A stretch of DNA of 8,307 nt, taken from the IMG/VR virus record IMGVR_UViG_2740892234_000024; one strand, 5' to 3'. Of this stretch, positions 6,935-8,307 are shown one piece after another. A program made the position numbers and the translations under genes. Under the pieces are notes generated by a model. That model was not told the origin of the DNA and made no database searches. It saw only the letters and a program-made list of their open reading frames with translations. Numbering within the stretch: the stretch's first letter is position 1; each line of letters begins with the position of its first letter. The DNA is from a virus. Lineage: Duplodnaviria > Heunggongvirae > Uroviricota > Caudoviricetes.

Positions 6935-6960
6935 ATAATAAAAAAGGAGCCTGTAGCTCC
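6935..6960 (-). terminator. Intrinsic terminator for the leftward transcript
   Basis: 5-bp stem (ggagc 6946-6950 / gctcc 6956-6960, loop ctgta) followed on the minus strand by TTTTTTATTAT; lies 23 nt downstream of the stop at 6983. Confidence 0.45.
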
Positions 6961-6982
6961 CTGATGATTTTGCTTTTCATGT

Positions 6983-7198
6983 TCACCGTTCCTTAAAGAC
7001 GCCGTTTAACATGCCGATCGCCAGGCTTAAATGAGTCGGTGTGAATCCCATCAGCGTTACCGTTTCGCGGTGCTTCTTCAGTACGCTACGGCAAATGTCA
7101 TCGACGTTTTTATCCGGAAACTGCTGTCTGGCTTTTTTGATTTCAGAATTAGCCTGACGGGCAATGCTGCGAAGGGCGTTATTATGTTCTATTGTCAT
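6983..7198 (-). CDS. Hypothetical 71-aa protein translationally coupled to the upstream 250-aa gene
   Basis: ATG at 7198 (MTIEHNNALRSIARQ...) preceded by GAGG, 8 nt downstream of the 250-aa gene stop at 7206. The track extension to 7336 overlaps that gene and is not preferred. Confidence 0.6.
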   Translation of the reverse strand: MTIEHNNALRSIARQANSEIKKARQQFPDKNVDDICRSVLKKHRETVTLMGFTPTHLSLAIGMLNGVFKER

Positions 7199-7205
7199 AT
7201 TGGCC

Positions 7206-7958
7206 TCACACTTCGAATGCCAGTTGAGGGGTAAAGACGTCCCGTTCAGCATTGTAATTAAGTGAACTGGCACTGTTGAATGATTCAATGCGTTCCACAA
7301 GAACTTGCGTACGGGTTTCTTTACTTGCGGGAGCATATGGCGAACCTACCCAGGATTTGTCGATGCCTATATTTCTTGCGACGTTCGTGCTGTCTGCAGA
7401 CGAAAGCGGTACATGAGTAAAAATGTCTTTATTTAACATCCGTAACCCATGAATCTTGGTGATTGGGTAGCCGTACTGATCTACAACATGACGTATAAGA
7501 TCGCGTAGTTTAGCCCGACACGCTCTCGGTCGTTTTGCATCGCATTCCCCCATCGAGCCGATGCAGACGCGGGGAAACTCATGGCACAGACGAATAAATC
7601 GCTCATCTGGTTCGTTCATGTGCCACACCGGAGCACCAATAAATTTACCGTGAGGCCATGCCGCAATCAGGGCGTCATTCTCTTCACTGGTTCCGCCGAT
7701 AACATCCGGGATAACCGCGAATGAGAAACGAGGGTGATTACCCCAGCGTTCAACAAATCTGTAATATTTATTCCAGTCTACGGCCTTGTTTTTTGTCCAG
7801 AATGTGAATGCACCATTATCAAGAGCAAATGATTGGGTGACTTCGGAAGCCAGATCAATCTGAGCTGGATTAGCAAAACTGATGAATGCGTGTCTGCCTT
7901 TCCAGGCTTTCAACGCACAGGTATCGGGAGTTATTGGACCACCGTGAAAATGAATCAT
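7206..7958 (-). CDS. 250-aa protein with tRNA-guanine-transglycosylase-like motifs; candidate DpdA-like DNA 7-deazaguanine transglycosylase (hypothesis)
   Basis: Clean ORF with ATG overlapping the upstream stop (ATGA). FALDNGAF resembles the TGT LTDSGGF motif, and SADSTNVARNIG resembles TGT FDCVMPTRNARNG with identical D-x5-R-N spacing. Motifs matched by eye against recalled E. coli Tgt. Confidence 0.7.
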   Translation of the reverse strand: MIHFHGGPITPDTCALKAWKGRHAFISFANPAQIDLASEVTQSFALDNGAFTFWTKNKAVDWNKYYRFVERWGNHPRFSFAVIPDVIGGTSEENDALIAAWPHGKFIGAPVWHMNEPDERFIRLCHEFPRVCIGSMGECDAKRPRACRAKLRDLIRHVVDQYGYPITKIHGLRMLNKDIFTHVPLSSADSTNVARNIGIDKSWVGSPYAPASKETRTQVLVERIESFNSASSLNYNAERDVFTPQLAFEV

Positions 7959-8119
7959 ACACTCTCCCGTTTATTATTTATCTCCTCAGCCAGCCGCTGT
8001 GCTTTCAGGGGATTTCGGGTAACAGAAAGGCCGGGAAATACCCAGCCTCGCTTTGTAACGGAGTAGACGAAAGTGATCGCGCCTACCCGGATATTATCGT
8101 GAGGATGCTTCATCGCCAT
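7955..8119 (-). CDS. Small protein in the lambda orf60a position (immediately downstream of exo)
   Basis: 54-aa ORF ([54 protein letters not shown]); the second Met at 8113 gives ATGA overlap with the exo stop; its own stop overlaps the next ATG (ATGA). Confidence 0.55.
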   Translation of the reverse strand: MAMKHPHDNIRVGAITFVYSVTKRGWVFPGLSVTRNPLKAQRLAEEINNKRESV

Positions 8120-8307
8120 TGCTCCCCAAATACAAAACCAATTTCAGCCAGTGCCTCGTCCATTTTTTCGATGAACTCCGGCACCATCTCGTCAAAACTC
8201 GCCATGTAATTTTCATCCCGCTCAACCACGACATAATGCAGGCCTTCACGCTTCATTCGTGGGTCATAGTTGGCAAAGTACCAGGCATCTTTTCGCGTCA
8301 CCCACAT
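8110..8307 (-). CDS. exo: Lambda-type exonuclease (Red-alpha), 3-prime end only; gene continues beyond the window
   Basis: Translation [65 protein letters not shown] matches the C-terminal 65 residues of lambda Exo as recalled, with a few substitutions. Confidence 0.85.
   Translation of the reverse strand: MWVTRKDAWYFANYDPRMKREGLHYVVVERDENYMASFDEMVPEFIEKMDEALAEIGFVFGEQWR

Larger units (their letters stand above)
540..8307. mobile_element. Lambdoid prophage, int-proximal arm (att, int, xis, ea/b-type accessory region, 3-prime end of exo); continues beyond the right edge
   Basis: Integrase and excisionase-like gene next to a disrupted host gene; Ea22-like genes; lambda-type exo C-terminus at the right edge; every gene on one strand in lambda pL-operon order. 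Confidence 0.85.

Noticed and set aside
7199-7336. Track-extended N-terminus of the 71-aa gene
   Set aside because: It would overlap the 3-prime end of the 250-aa gene by about 130 nt; the internal ATG at 7198 with GAGG fits the coupled layout.
7886-8209. 107-aa plus-strand ORF across the exo/orf60a-position junction
   Set aside because: Antisense to two well-supported minus-strand genes; the exo match on the minus strand explains this DNA.

Overview
This window is the integrase-proximal end of a lambdoid prophage inserted into the host wrbA gene, read entirely from the minus strand. From right to left it runs: the 3-prime end of lambda-type exo, a small orf60a-position gene, a 250-aa protein with tRNA-guanine-transglycosylase-like motifs, a 71-aa partner, a terminator, a TraR/DksA-type zinc-finger gene, two Ea22-like paralogs flanking a MazG-like NTP pyrophosphohydrolase, a 164-aa conserved protein of unknown function, a DUF551-type protein, several small accessory genes, xis, int, and the remaining 3-prime part of wrbA fused to a phage-supplied start codon. 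The most interesting candidate is the 250-aa TGT-like (DpdA-like) protein, which could be a 7-deazaguanine DNA-modification enzyme; this rests on two short motifs read by eye and needs a profile search to confirm. Genes are tightly packed with overlapping stop/start codons. No plus-strand gene, tRNA, rRNA or CRISPR array is supported. Three 10-N gaps all fall inside coding sequence, two of them at repeats, so gene order across the gaps is not guaranteed. All family assignments are from recall of protein families, not database searches.
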